Source: an uncultured delta proteobacterium | GTDB taxonomy: Bacteria > Desulfobacterota > Binatia > Binatales > Binataceae | DNA length: 64,000 bases | Assembly: GCA_963711565.1 (NCBI GenBank) | Contig: CAVQEQ010000004.1 | Span: 928,001 to 992,000 of the forward strand | Reading direction: 5' to 3' | Shown here: positions 42,877 through 53,464 of the stretch, one piece after another | Layout: every line of letters starts with the position of its first letter | Position numbering within the stretch: position 1 is the stretch's first letter | The notes under the pieces: generated by a model | Told to the model about the DNA's origin: nothing | Seen by the model: the letters and a program-made list of their open reading frames with translations, nothing else | Database searches by the model: none | Translations under genes and position numbers: made by a program

Positions 42877-44436
42877 ATGATTTTGCTCAATGCATCCGAA
42901 AGCCGCGAACTCGATCGCATCAGCCAGGAAAAGTACGGAATTCCGTCTTACTCGCTGATGACGCGAGCGGGCGAGGCGGTTGCCGATGCGCTGATCGAGC
43001 GGTTCCCCGATGCGGCGACTGATTTGCTGGTCGTCGCGGGCAAGGGCAACAACGGCGGCGACGGCTTCGTCGCGGCACGACGCTTGATCCAGGACGGCTT
43101 CGCGGTGCGAGCGGTTCTGCTCGGCCGCGTGGCGGATTTGAAGGGCGACGCGGCGCGCGCGAATGCGGAGTTCCGCGCATGCCGTGGCAAGGTGCTCGAG
43201 GCCTCCACGGAATCGAGCATCGAAGCCGCGCTGAGCAAACGGCCTAGCGCTGTCGTCGACGCGATTTTCGGCACGGGACTGAATGCGGAAGTGAAGGACG
43301 GGCCGCGACGTGCGATCGAGATCGTCAATTCATTCGCGGTGCCGACGGTTGCCGTCGATATCGCGTCGGGCGTGAACTCGGACACGGGTGGGGTCATGGG
43401 CGCGGCAATTCAAGCCTCGCTCACGGTGACCTTCGGCTTCGCGAAGTTCGGCCACGTTTCATATCCCGGTGCGGGGCAATGCGGCGAGTTGAGGATTGTC
43501 GATATCGGCTTTGCTCCGCGCGCGATCGACGAGATCGCGCCGCGCGGACGATTCCTCGAGGGCGCTGACCTGCAGCACCTGATTCGCGCGCGGCCCGTGA
43601 CTTCGAACAAGGGCATGTATGGGCATCCGCTGGTGATAGCCGGCGGCCGTGGCAAGTCCGGCGCCGTGCTGCTCGCCTCGCGCGCCGCGCTTCGAACGGG
43701 TGCGGGTCTGGTTACCGCGGCGATGCCGGAGTCGATCCAGCCGATCGTCGCGGCGGGGCAGGCTGAGCTGATGACGGAGCCGATCGCGGATCGCGACGGC
43801 CATTTTGACGGCGCTCATGCGCCCGACGCGTTGAAGATGTTGCTGAAAGGCAAGAACGCGTTGATCGTGGGGCCGGGAATTGGTGTAACAGATGATACCA
43901 ATCGACTCATCGAATGGCTGATTTCGGACGCATCCGAGCCAGAGCGTCCGATGCTGATCGACGCCGACGGGCTGAACGCGCTCGCCGCCATCGGTTGCGA
44001 GTCTTTGAAGCATGCGCGCGGTCCCATCGTGCTGACGCCTCATCCGGGGGAAGCTGCGCGCCTGCTCGGTGGAACACCCTCGACTATCAACGACGATCGC
44101 GTGACTGCGGCGCGCACATTGGCGGAGCGAACGGGCGCAACCGTGCTCATCAAGGGCGCGCGCTCGGTGATCGCCTCTCCCGACGGCGACATCTACGTGA
44201 ATTCGACCGGGAATCCCGGGATGGCCACGCCGGGGATGGGTGACGCGCTGTCGGGAATGGTCGGCGCGCTACTCGGACAGCATCTCCGCCCGCTCGACGC
44301 GCTCGCGCTCGGCGTTTTTCTCCATGGCTACGCGGCGGATCGCGTCGCGGCGCGGATGGGCCGCGTCGGCTATCTCGCCGGCGACCTGATTGACGAGCTG
44401 CCTGCGGCTCTGGGAGCGTTGATGTTAGACGCGTGA
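42877..44436 (+). CDS. nnr: Bifunctional NAD(P)HX epimerase/dehydratase
   Basis: GKGNNGGDG, DAIFGTG, DIASG, DADGLN, TPHPGE, GMGDALSG. Confidence 0.95.
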   Translation: MILLNASESRELDRISQEKYGIPSYSLMTRAGEAVADALIERFPDAATDLLVVAGKGNNGGDGFVAARRLIQDGFAVRAVLLGRVADLKGDAARANAEFRACRGKVLEASTESSIEAALSKRPSAVVDAIFGTGLNAEVKDGPRRAIEIVNSFAVPTVAVDIASGVNSDTGGVMGAAIQASLTVTFGFAKFGHVSYPGAGQCGELRIVDIGFAPRAIDEIAPRGRFLEGADLQHLIRARPVTSNKGMYGHPLVIAGGRGKSGAVLLASRAALRTGAGLVTAAMPESIQPIVAAGQAELMTEPIADRDGHFDGAHAPDALKMLLKGKNALIVGPGIGVTDDTNRLIEWLISDASEPERPMLIDADGLNALAAIGCESLKHARGPIVLTPHPGEAARLLGGTPSTINDDRVTAARTLAERTGATVLIKGARSVIASPDGDIYVNSTGNPGMATPGMGDALSGMVGALLGQHLRPLDALALGVFLHGYAADRVAARMGRVGYLAGDLIDELPAALGALMLDA

Positions 44437-45908
44437 ACGACCAGCCCAACATAGTATTCGTGATGTCCGATCAGCACCGCGCCGATGTCATGGGCTGCGC
44501 CGGCGACCCTGTCGTGAAGACACCTAATATGGACCGCCTCGCGGGCGAGGGCATCCGCTTCGAGCGAGCGTATTGCCAGGGGCCGTTGTGCATGCCCGCG
44601 CGCGCGTCGATGCTGACCGAGCGTTATGTGCGCGATCACGGCGTATTCGAGAACGGCTCGCAGGTCAGCGACGGCACGCCCACTTTTCTGCAAAAGCTCC
44701 GCGATGCCGGCTATTACACCTGTGAGATCGGCAAGATGCATCTGTGGCCGCACGGGCAGGTTCACGAGAAAAACGTTTCCGCGATGCGCGATCTGCTGGT
44801 CACGTACGGCTTCGACGAGCCGATCGAAACAGTCGGGAAGCTGGCGAGCCGCGCGCACGACACCGTCTACACGGACTACCTGCGCGAGAAGGGCCTGCTC
44901 GACCGCTACCGCGATTTCATCGGTAGTTTCCGTCACGGGGGCAACGCGAAGGGCGCGGCGGCATGGCAGGCTGAACCGTGTCCACTCGCGCTCGAGGATT
45001 ATGCCGACGCATGGCACGGCGCGCGCGCCGCAAAATGGATCGAAGATTACTCGCGGCGCCAGCCGTTTTTCCTCTGGGTGGGATTCCCCGGGCCGCACGA
45101 TCCGTGGGACGCGCAGGCGGAAGCGCTCGAACAATACCGGCACGCGGAAATTCCGCTGCCGCGATCCCTCAATCGTCCCGCGGTTCCGCAGTCGGGCCCC
45201 TTCAACGTGTTTCTGAACGCATTTCTCATGTACAGCGATTCCCCGACCATGACCGACGAGGCGATCACCGAAATGCGCCGCGCCTACTACGCGAATGTCA
45301 CGGTCATCGACACTGGGCTCGGCCGAATCGTCGAGGCGCTGCAAAAAAAGGGAATTCTCGACAATACGTGGATTGTCTATGCAAGCGATCATGGCGAGAT
45401 GATGGGCGAGCACCGGATGGTCACGAAGATGGTTTTCTATGAGCCCTCCGTGCGCGTGCCGATGATCGTTCGGCCTCCCGGTGGCGCGCCCGCGCGAACA
45501 GTTCAGGAGCCGGTACAACTCATGGATCTGGCCGCGACTTTTCGCGAGATCGCGGGCGCCGCGGCGCTCGAGCAGAGTGCCGCCAATTCTCTTGTGCCCT
45601 CACTTGCAGGAGATCGCGAACCGGTCGCCCTCGACGCACTGCCGAGCGAAAATTTCGGCTTCTCGATGTTTCTTACCGATCGGTACAAGCTGGTCGTTTA
45701 CGAAGATACCTGCGAGCCGGGACAACTTTTCGATCTGCTCGAAGACCCGGCCGAGGACCGCAACTTATGCGGCGATCCGAATCATGCCGGCCTGGTCGAG
45801 CGCCTGGTAAAGGACCACGCGCAGCCATTTCTCGCGACTCGGCCGCTGCGCCCGCATCCGACTTTAGTTGACCGCCAGGGTCTGCGCGGCCGCCGGGCTC
45901 CGAAGTAG
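44433..45908 (+). CDS. Cys-type formylglycine-dependent sulfatase (choline-sulfatase-like)
   Basis: PNIVFVMSDQHR, CMPARASMLT (CxPxR), GKMH, PHDP, SDHGEM. Confidence 0.92.
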   Translation: MNDQPNIVFVMSDQHRADVMGCAGDPVVKTPNMDRLAGEGIRFERAYCQGPLCMPARASMLTERYVRDHGVFENGSQVSDGTPTFLQKLRDAGYYTCEIGKMHLWPHGQVHEKNVSAMRDLLVTYGFDEPIETVGKLASRAHDTVYTDYLREKGLLDRYRDFIGSFRHGGNAKGAAAWQAEPCPLALEDYADAWHGARAAKWIEDYSRRQPFFLWVGFPGPHDPWDAQAEALEQYRHAEIPLPRSLNRPAVPQSGPFNVFLNAFLMYSDSPTMTDEAITEMRRAYYANVTVIDTGLGRIVEALQKKGILDNTWIVYASDHGEMMGEHRMVTKMVFYEPSVRVPMIVRPPGGAPARTVQEPVQLMDLAATFREIAGAAALEQSAANSLVPSLAGDREPVALDALPSENFGFSMFLTDRYKLVVYEDTCEPGQLFDLLEDPAEDRNLCGDPNHAGLVERLVKDHAQPFLATRPLRPHPTLVDRQGLRGRRAPK

Positions 45909-45977
45909 TAGTTGGCCCGCGTAGCGGTGGAAGCACTAACTGAGTAGTCGCGCTATAGTAGTTAGTGACTAATCGCG

Positions 45978-46481
45978 ATGGCTAATGCCGCAACAGAATC
46001 GGGTACTGCTCTCGTCACGATGGTGATCGAGAGCCGCTCGCCGCACGAGACTAAATCATGGGGACGGCGGCTCGCCTCGCTGCTCGAAGGCGGGGAACTG
46101 CTCGGCCTGATTGGCGACCTCGGCGCGGGCAAGACAGTCTTCATCAAGGGCCTCGCGCGCGGACTGAGCCTGCGCGAAGAGGACATCCTGAGCCCGACCT
46201 TCACGATGATCCAGGAGCATCACGGGCGCTTCCCGCTCTATCATATCGATCTGTATCGGCTCGAAGAGGCGACACTCGACGACCTCGGTCTTCGCGAATA
46301 TCTGTTTTCCGAGGGCGTTGCGGCGGTCGAATGGTTCGAGCGTCTACGCGGCGGCGCCGACATGGAATACCTGTCGGTGCGAATCAGCTACGCCGGCGCG
46401 AATCTGCGCCGAATCGAATTCAGCGCGGGCGACTCCCGTCACGCGCAGATCATTTCCAAATTGAAACGCAGCTTCGCCTGA
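45978..46481 (+). CDS. tsaE: tRNA threonylcarbamoyladenosine biosynthesis ATPase
   Basis: GDLGAGKT, SPTF, HIDLYRL, VEW. Confidence 0.95.
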   Translation: MANAATESGTALVTMVIESRSPHETKSWGRRLASLLEGGELLGLIGDLGAGKTVFIKGLARGLSLREEDILSPTFTMIQEHHGRFPLYHIDLYRLEEATLDDLGLREYLFSEGVAAVEWFERLRGGADMEYLSVRISYAGANLRRIEFSAGDSRHAQIISKLKRSFA

Positions 46482-46589
46482 TATCAATCGCGGGAACCGC
46501 AAGCACCGCCCGGACTGCATGAAATCGGGTCGGATGTGCTACCGCGCCGCGCAGCCAACAGCTAAGGTGGCGGAAAGGATTCCCCGGTC

Positions 46590-47240
46590 GTGACCAAAGA
46601 CAGTCACTGGTTGGCGCTGGAAGAGCCGTGGCAGGTGGCACTGACACTGGCTTGGGAGGCGCATATCGGCGGCAACGTCGGTGTCGGCGCGGTTCTGACC
46701 GATCCTCGCGGGCGCATCGTTGCGGTCGGACGCAATCGTGTGTCGGACAAGGAAGCGCCGCCAGGACGGCTTCGATCGACGTATATCGCCCACGCCGAGA
46801 TCGATGTTCTGGGACAATTGATGCGTGGCGATTATCGGCATCATACCCTCTGGACGACGCTCGAATCCTGCCCGCTTTGTTGCATGGCCATTGTGATGAG
46901 CAACGTTGGGACCGTCACCTATGCAGCCAGAGATCGGCTCTGGGACGGAATATCCAGGCTCGCGGAACTCAACGAATTCATCGCAAGGCGCTGGCCTGTT
47001 CGGCGTGGTCCGCTCGGCGGCCCTGTTTCCGTGTTCTCTGAATTACTTCCGCTGCTTTGGTTTCTGGAGCACAAGCCGAGTGGAAGCGTCGTTGAGAAGT
47101 ACGAAAGCCAACATCCGCGACTTCTGGCCCTCGCCGAGACGCTTCGCGGCGATGCTCGATTCGCCGATTTGAAGGCGCATCCGCTCGATGTTGTGCTGAA
47201 CCAACTCTGGCCGGACCTCGCAGCGATCGACGCTGAGTAG
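46590..47240 (+). CDS. Zn-dependent nucleoside/tRNA deaminase-fold protein
   Basis: VGAVL, GRN, AHAE, TTLESCPLC (variant of EPCxxC), C-terminal extension. Confidence 0.85.
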   Translation: MTKDSHWLALEEPWQVALTLAWEAHIGGNVGVGAVLTDPRGRIVAVGRNRVSDKEAPPGRLRSTYIAHAEIDVLGQLMRGDYRHHTLWTTLESCPLCCMAIVMSNVGTVTYAARDRLWDGISRLAELNEFIARRWPVRRGPLGGPVSVFSELLPLLWFLEHKPSGSVVEKYESQHPRLLALAETLRGDARFADLKAHPLDVVLNQLWPDLAAIDAE

Positions 47241-47321
47241 CCGTCGGAGGGCTGGTTTGCGTTCCATTTTCCGATCATAATACTCGATCACCCATTTCTA
47301 TGGGCAAATAGGGTCATTTTG

Positions 47322-48569
47322 ATGGGATTGGTCGTTCAAAAATACGGTGGAACGTCGGTCGGCTCGATCGAGCGGATCAAGGCGGTTGCCGATCGCGTCG
47401 TAAGGGCGCGCGACGCCGGCGATCGGATCGTCGTGGTCGTGTCCGCGATGGCCGGTGAGACCAATCGGCTGTTCAAGCTCGCTTCCGAACTCAGCGAGAC
47501 GCCGAGCGCGCGCGAGACTGACGTGCTGGTTGCGACGGGCGAGCAGGTCTCGGCCGCGCTGCTTGCGATTCGGCTGCATTCGATGGGGCATCCGACGGTT
47601 TCTTTTCTCGCTTTTCAAATGAACTTGACGACCGACTCGAATCACGGCCGCGCACGAATCAAATCCGTGCAATGCGATCGCGTGATGAGTGCGCTCGACG
47701 GAGGAAAGATTGTGGTCGTGGCGGGATACCAGGGCGTCAACGTCAACGGCGATATCACGACGCTTGGCCGCGGCGCGTCGGATCTGACTGCGGTCGCGCT
47801 CGCAGCCGCTCTCAAAGCCGACGCGTGCGAAATCTACACCAACGTCAACGGCGTCTATACCGCCGATCCAAACATTTGCCCCAAAGCAAAAAAACTCGGA
47901 CGCATCTCCTATGATGAGATGCTCGAGATGGCGGGACTCGGCGCGAAGGTGCTGCAAACCCGTTCCGTGGAACTTGCCCGCCGTTACAACGTGCCGCTCG
48001 TCGTCCGCTCCAGCTTCGGTGAAGCCGAGGGGACGTGGGTCGGACAAGAGGATCAGTCGATGGAGGACGTGCTCGTCTCGGGCGTAACGCTCGACCAGAA
48101 TCAAAGCAAGATAACGATAGCCGGTGTCGAGGATCGGCCCGGACTCGCAGCGAAGATTTTCAGCCCGATTGCCGATGCGGGAATCGTCGTCGATATGATT
48201 ATCCAGAATGCCAGCGCGGACGGCCGCACCGATATGACGTTTACCATCGGGCGCGAGGACCTTGGGCGCGCGCTCGAAATCGTCGAGCGCACCGCTAAAG
48301 AAATCGGCGCGGCGGGCGTGCGGCATAACGACCAGGTCGCCAAAGTCTCGGTGGTCGGCGTCGGCATGCGCACCCATGCCGGGGTAGCGTCCACTATGTT
48401 CAAGGTGCTGGCGGCGGAACGGATTAATATCGAGATGATTTCGACTTCGGAGATCAAGGTCTCGGTCGTGGTCAATTCGAAATACGGCGAGCTCGCGATG
48501 CGTGCGCTGCACGACGCGTTTATCAACGGCGACGGCGGCCCGAACGCCGCGCCGCGGGAGTCAGTTTGA
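47322..48569 (+). CDS. lysC: Aspartate kinase
   Basis: VQKYGGTSV, VVSAM, TTLGRGASD, ACT domains, ISTSEIKVS. Confidence 0.97.
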   Translation: MGLVVQKYGGTSVGSIERIKAVADRVVRARDAGDRIVVVVSAMAGETNRLFKLASELSETPSARETDVLVATGEQVSAALLAIRLHSMGHPTVSFLAFQMNLTTDSNHGRARIKSVQCDRVMSALDGGKIVVVAGYQGVNVNGDITTLGRGASDLTAVALAAALKADACEIYTNVNGVYTADPNICPKAKKLGRISYDEMLEMAGLGAKVLQTRSVELARRYNVPLVVRSSFGEAEGTWVGQEDQSMEDVLVSGVTLDQNQSKITIAGVEDRPGLAAKIFSPIADAGIVVDMIIQNASADGRTDMTFTIGREDLGRALEIVERTAKEIGAAGVRHNDQVAKVSVVGVGMRTHAGVASTMFKVLAAERINIEMISTSEIKVSVVVNSKYGELAMRALHDAFINGDGGPNAAPRESV

Positions 48570-48574
48570 GTCCG

Positions 48575-50254
48575 ATGGCGGATGCAAAACATATCCAGGT
48601 TTACGACACAACTTTGCGCGACGGTTGTCAGTCTGAGGACGTTTCACTGACGGTCGAGGACAAGGTCACGATTGCAGAGCAGCTCGACGATCTCGGCTTC
48701 GACTATATCGAGGGCGGATGGCCGGGCTCGAACGATCGCGACGCGGCGTTCTTCAAAGAGATCAAGAAAATAAAGATTCGGCACGCGAAGATCGCGGCCT
48801 TCGGCTCGACCCGCCGCTCCGGAGTGCGCGCCTCCGCCGACCGCAATCTGCAATTGTTGCTGCGGACAGGTACTCAGGTCGCGACCGTAGTCGGCAAGAC
48901 CTGGGACATGCACGTCCGCGAGGCGCTCAGAATTCCGCTCAACGAGAATCTGGAAATTCTCAACGACACGGTCGCGTTTCTGAAGAAGAACTTCGATGAA
49001 GCGATTTTCGACGCGGAGCATTTCTTCGACGGCTACTTTCACAATCCCGAGTACGCGCTCGCGTGCCTGAAAGCCGTTGATGACGCCGGCGTCACGTTGA
49101 TCGCGCTATGCGACACCAACGGCGGACGCCTCCCACATGAAATCGAAGCGGCTGTCGCGGCGGCTCGCGCGGCGGTGAATTGCCCGCTCGGAATTCATTG
49201 CCACAACGACTCGGAAGTGGCGGTCGCGAACACGTTGGCGGGTGTGAAGGCGGGCGCGACGCAGGTGCAGGGCACGGTCAACGGTTTCGGCGAGCGATGC
49301 GGCAACGCGAACCTGGTTTCGATCGTCGCGAATTTGCAGCTCAAGCTCGGATACCATTGCGTGCCGCCCGCGAAGCTCAAGACGATGCGCGAGGTCTCGA
49401 CGCTGGTTTACGAGCTCGCCAACATCACGCCGTTCGCGCGCCAGCCGTACGTCGGCCGCAGCGCGTTCGCGCACAAAGGCGGGCTGCACGTATCGGGAAT
49501 CCAGCGCAACACCGCGACCTACGAGCATATCGACCCGGCGTTGCTCGGCAACGGTCGGCGCGTGCTGCTCTCGGAGCTCTCGGGCCGCTCGAATATCGTT
49601 TACAAGGCCAAGGAGTTTGGGCTCGAGATCGATACGGCGAGCGACGACAAGATCGGCGCGCTGCTCGACGAGCTCAAGCGGCTGGAGGGCGCGGGCTACA
49701 CGTTCGACGGCGCGGACGCTTCGTTCGAGCTGCTGATGCTGCGCACTCTGGGCCTCGCGAAAGAACATTTCAACTTCGTCAGCTTCCGCGTGTTCGATGA
49801 CAAATGGCATGAGGATCGCGCGCCGTTCAGCGAGGCGGTGGTAGTGATCGAAGGGCCCGACGGGGTGCGAACGCGCAATTCGTCAATTGGGAACGGCCCC
49901 GTCAATGCGCTCGATTCGGCGCTGCGCCAGGCGCTGGTTCCGTACTATCCGAATCTCGAGGCGATGCAGCTGGTCGATTACAAGGTCCGCGTGCTCGACA
50001 ATGGCGCCGGCACGGAGGCGCGCGTCCGCGTGCTGATCGAATCCACCGACGGCAAGCGCCGATGGGGCACGGTAGGACTGTCGAGCAACGTGGTCGAGGC
50101 GAGTTGGCAGGCGCTGGTTGACTCGGTCGAATACAAGCTGCACAAGGATAACGTGAGGCCGCGCACGAAGTCGGCCGCCGGAAAACACAACGGTGCGCGT
50201 CCGCGGACCGCCAAATCCGCGGAGAACAGTCACGCCGTCCATCCTAAAGCTTGA
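48575..50254 (+). CDS. cimA: Citramalate synthase
   Basis: [47 protein letters not shown]. Confidence 0.93.
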   Translation: MADAKHIQVYDTTLRDGCQSEDVSLTVEDKVTIAEQLDDLGFDYIEGGWPGSNDRDAAFFKEIKKIKIRHAKIAAFGSTRRSGVRASADRNLQLLLRTGTQVATVVGKTWDMHVREALRIPLNENLEILNDTVAFLKKNFDEAIFDAEHFFDGYFHNPEYALACLKAVDDAGVTLIALCDTNGGRLPHEIEAAVAAARAAVNCPLGIHCHNDSEVAVANTLAGVKAGATQVQGTVNGFGERCGNANLVSIVANLQLKLGYHCVPPAKLKTMREVSTLVYELANITPFARQPYVGRSAFAHKGGLHVSGIQRNTATYEHIDPALLGNGRRVLLSELSGRSNIVYKAKEFGLEIDTASDDKIGALLDELKRLEGAGYTFDGADASFELLMLRTLGLAKEHFNFVSFRVFDDKWHEDRAPFSEAVVVIEGPDGVRTRNSSIGNGPVNALDSALRQALVPYYPNLEAMQLVDYKVRVLDNGAGTEARVRVLIESTDGKRRWGTVGLSSNVVEASWQALVDSVEYKLHKDNVRPRTKSAAGKHNGARPRTAKSAENSHAVHPKA

Positions 50255-50285
50255 AGAGCAGCGGACGGCGAAAGAGGCACGAGCC

Positions 50286-51005
50286 ATGGGTGTTGTCAGC
50301 CGAATGAGGGAAGACATCCAGTCGGTCTTCGACCGCGACCCCGCCGCGCGCAACACGCTCGAAGTGGTGCTCCTGTATCCCGGCCTGCACGCCATCTGGG
50401 CCTATCGCGTCGCACATTGGCTCTGGGAGCACAACTGCAAGTTTCTCGGCCGCCTCGTGAGCGAGATCGCGCGGTTCATCACCGGAATCGAGATTCATCC
50501 GGGCGCGAAAATCGGCCGCCGCCTGTTCATCGATCACGGCATGGGCATCGTGATGGGGGAGACGACGGAAATTGGCGACAACGTCCTGCTCTACCAGGGC
50601 GTCACGCTCGGCGGCACCAGTCTCAAGAAAGAGAAGCGGCATCCAACGCTCGAGGATCACGTGATGGTGAGCGCGGGCGCTTCAGTCATCGGTCCGGTGC
50701 GAATCGGCGAGGGCACCCGCATCGGCGCGGGCGCGGTGGTCGTATCGTCGTCGCCGCCTTGGTCAACGGTCGTCGGAATTCCCGGCAAGGTGATCGAGGG
50801 CGACAACGCACGCCACGACGTGATGGAGCTCGATCACGCCAAGCTCCCCGACCCGGTCGCGCGCGCGATGGGCAATCTGATCGAGAAGCTCAACAAGATG
50901 GGTGTGCGGATGGAGGAGATCGAAGAGCGCCAAGACTGCCTCGAAGACAAAGTCAGCGAGCATCTGCCGCCGACTCCCGATCGCATCCTCGCCAACAAGG
51001 GCTAG
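50286..51005 (+). CDS. cysE: Serine O-acetyltransferase
   Basis: [34 protein letters not shown]. Confidence 0.96.
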   Translation: MGVVSRMREDIQSVFDRDPAARNTLEVVLLYPGLHAIWAYRVAHWLWEHNCKFLGRLVSEIARFITGIEIHPGAKIGRRLFIDHGMGIVMGETTEIGDNVLLYQGVTLGGTSLKKEKRHPTLEDHVMVSAGASVIGPVRIGEGTRIGAGAVVVSSSPPWSTVVGIPGKVIEGDNARHDVMELDHAKLPDPVARAMGNLIEKLNKMGVRMEEIEERQDCLEDKVSEHLPPTPDRILANKG

Positions 51006-51072
51006 CGATACGCCAGCCCTCATCGGCGAGAATTTTCTTACTCGCAGAAAATCAAATCTGTCGAGCGTGCTG

Positions 51073-52095
51073 CTACTTCTTCTTCTGATGCGGCGTGCCG
51101 ATGTATGGGAACTCCTTGAGCGTGTCGATGTGCGGTTTGAGGCCGCTCGGCGGACATTCATTTTTTGTCAGGAACGCGAGACGGTAATCGATCACGTCGT
51201 CGGTGAAGACGCGGCCGTTGGGGTACTTCGCGGGCTTCGATGGATTAAACGTCAGCACGTCGGGCAGTGTGCCCTCCTTGTCTATCGCCGCGATCGCCTC
51301 TTCGCGCGTGTAGTTGCCCGTGTGGCCCATCAGATGCACGAACTGATCGATCCAGCGCTTGCGATCGTTCACCGGCTCGCTGGCGTTGTATTCCAGTTTG
51401 GTGTCGTCGGTGTTGAAGAAGCTGCTGACGCTCGGATGACCCGCGCGATCGACATGGAGCAGCTTGCCGTCCTGGCGCACGCTGCATCGCCCCCAGATGT
51501 GAATGACGGGCTTGGGGGCCAGCTCGCTCGTCGGCAGCTCGATCACGGTCGAGAACACGTTGGCCTCGGTATTCGAATCCACGCCGGTCCATGGCGACTT
51601 GCCGCCGAGGGCGCTGAGGTGAGGCTCGGTGAAATTCCGTTTGCCCCGAATATCGAACAGCGCCTTGATTCCGTCGAAGTCGAAAAAGAACGCGTCGCTA
51701 CGAGCACCCGCGAAGAAGGTGTACGCGCCGGACCTGATGATGTTGGGTTTGGGGCCGAAAGATACCTCGGCGTCGGCGATGATCTTGGTTCCCACCGCCT
51801 CGACCGAGCGCGACCCCGCGCCTTTTGCGACGAAGACATTCACGGTCTGCTTGCCGTTTTGCTGCTTCGAGAACACGTAGCTGAACGCGAGATCCGTCAG
51901 GTAGTCGCCGTCGTTGTCGATATTGAGGCGGTAGATGGCGTCGGGATGGAGCGCGTCGGCATTCGGATTTGCATTGAGGATGATCGCCGTCCTCGACGGA
52001 TCGGCGGGCGACTGGAACGCATAGAGATCGCAAAGGTCGAGTCGCTGGTCACCGAGAGGCGGGCCGAGACTGAGGCCGGTAAAATGGTTCGACAT
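51073..52095 (-). CDS. DUF4331 family protein
   Basis: MSNHF, DLCDLYAF, FAGARSDAFFFD, VDRAGHP, YPNGRVFTDDV, FPYIG.PH. Confidence 0.85.
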   Translation of the reverse strand: MSNHFTGLSLGPPLGDQRLDLCDLYAFQSPADPSRTAIILNANPNADALHPDAIYRLNIDNDGDYLTDLAFSYVFSKQQNGKQTVNVFVAKGAGSRSVEAVGTKIIADAEVSFGPKPNIIRSGAYTFFAGARSDAFFFDFDGIKALFDIRGKRNFTEPHLSALGGKSPWTGVDSNTEANVFSTVIELPTSELAPKPVIHIWGRCSVRQDGKLLHVDRAGHPSVSSFFNTDDTKLEYNASEPVNDRKRWIDQFVHLMGHTGNYTREEAIAAIDKEGTLPDVLTFNPSKPAKYPNGRVFTDDVIDYRLAFLTKNECPPSGLKPHIDTLKEFPYIGTPHQKKK

Positions 52096-52191
52096 GGATT
52101 CTCTCCTTTGAAGATTGAAGAGGCGGCTGCGTTGACCCTTGGAATTGTAACAAAAGGTATATTTTATGTCGCCTCACTTTTTTCGACTGCG

Positions 52192-53388
52192 TCAGAGCTT
52201 ATGTCCGAATCCCGCTCCCATCTCGTATTCATTCGGACTCTCGATCATCCGCCCGCTCAAGATTCGCTCGAAACTGAACGGCGTCAGGTCAACCGTCTTG
52301 CTGGCGCCGGTCAGAATCAGCTCGGCCATCGACGCGCCGACCGCGGGCGCGGTTTTGAATCCCGTCCCGCTGAACCCGGCCGCGACGAAGAGGTGCTCGA
52401 CTCCTGGCACTGGCCCCATCACGGCGCGCGCGTCCGGGCTGACGTCGTAGATTCCGGCGTGGCCGCGAGAGTAGGGCGCATCGGCCATCGCGGGAATCCT
52501 CTGCGCGAGGCGCTTGCGCACCGCAGCCACGAAGTCGTCATCGTTGCTCTCGCGGAAATTGTCGGGATTCGCTTCCGCCTCGGGCTTCCATCCACCCAGC
52601 CCCGCCAGCGTCAAATCGTCGCCATGCGGCCGAAAGTAACTGCCCGCGATCGTATCTATGTAGATACAGTGCTTGATTTGAGGGGGGCGCTTGAAGAATG
52701 CGATCTGCGCTCGCTCGCTCTTGATGCCGATCTTCGCGCCCATCGGGGCGAGTAATGCGTCGGTCCACGGTCCGGCGACGACGCATACCGCATCGGCCTC
52801 GTGAAGACGTCCGCTGTTATCGATCACGCCCACCGCGCGGCCGCCGCGATGCGCAATTTTCGCGACTGCTTCGTTCAGAGAGAACTCCGCGCCCAGCTTT
52901 TGCGCCGCGGCCGCAAGCGATTCGGTGGTCGCGACCGGATCCGCGTATCCGCTTTGCGGCTCAAACGCGGCCAGCGCTACGTCATCGACAAAGGTGTTCG
53001 GCTCGCGCTTATGCAGCTCAGCCGCGGTCACAATTTCTGTATCGATGCCGACCCGCTGGAGCATCGCGACGTTCGCACGCAGCCGCGCCGCGTTGCGCTC
53101 GTCAACCACGACCGCGAAACCAGTCTCGATGAAACCGCATCGCCCGCCGACGATCTCGTTCCAATGACGGAAGTATTGATGGCTCTTCCACGCCAGCTCG
53201 GCTTCGGGCGCGAACGTGTAATGCATTCTGACAAGCGCGCCCGATCGTGCCGACATCCCGGCGCAAATCCCGCCCTTGTCGAACACCCGCACTCGCGCGC
53301 CTGCCCGCGCAAGATGGAACGCGAGCGAGCATCCGACCACGCCCGCGCCGATTACTATTATGTTCGCGCTTGAAGATGTCTGCGTCAC
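52192..53388 (-). CDS. FAD-dependent oxidoreductase (sarcosine oxidase beta/DadA family)
   Basis: GAGVVG, SARSGALVRMHY, YDVSPD, GFSGTGFK. Confidence 0.88.
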   Translation of the reverse strand: MTQTSSSANIIVIGAGVVGCSLAFHLARAGARVRVFDKGGICAGMSARSGALVRMHYTFAPEAELAWKSHQYFRHWNEIVGGRCGFIETGFAVVVDERNAARLRANVAMLQRVGIDTEIVTAAELHKREPNTFVDDVALAAFEPQSGYADPVATTESLAAAAQKLGAEFSLNEAVAKIAHRGGRAVGVIDNSGRLHEADAVCVVAGPWTDALLAPMGAKIGIKSERAQIAFFKRPPQIKHCIYIDTIAGSYFRPHGDDLTLAGLGGWKPEAEANPDNFRESNDDDFVAAVRKRLAQRIPAMADAPYSRGHAGIYDVSPDARAVMGPVPGVEHLFVAAGFSGTGFKTAPAVGASMAELILTGASKTVDLTPFSFERILSGRMIESPNEYEMGAGFGHKL

Positions 53389-53464
53389 GCGGCGAACCCC
53401 GTCTTTTGCCGTCGATCGGTGTACGATAAGCTAATCGCCGCATTGCTGGCGAACAAAACTGTAT

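Noticed and set aside
44410-47320. Flanking duplications around the sulfatase and deaminase genes (also checked for hicBA and DUF4331)
   Set aside because: No convincing direct repeats were found by eye.
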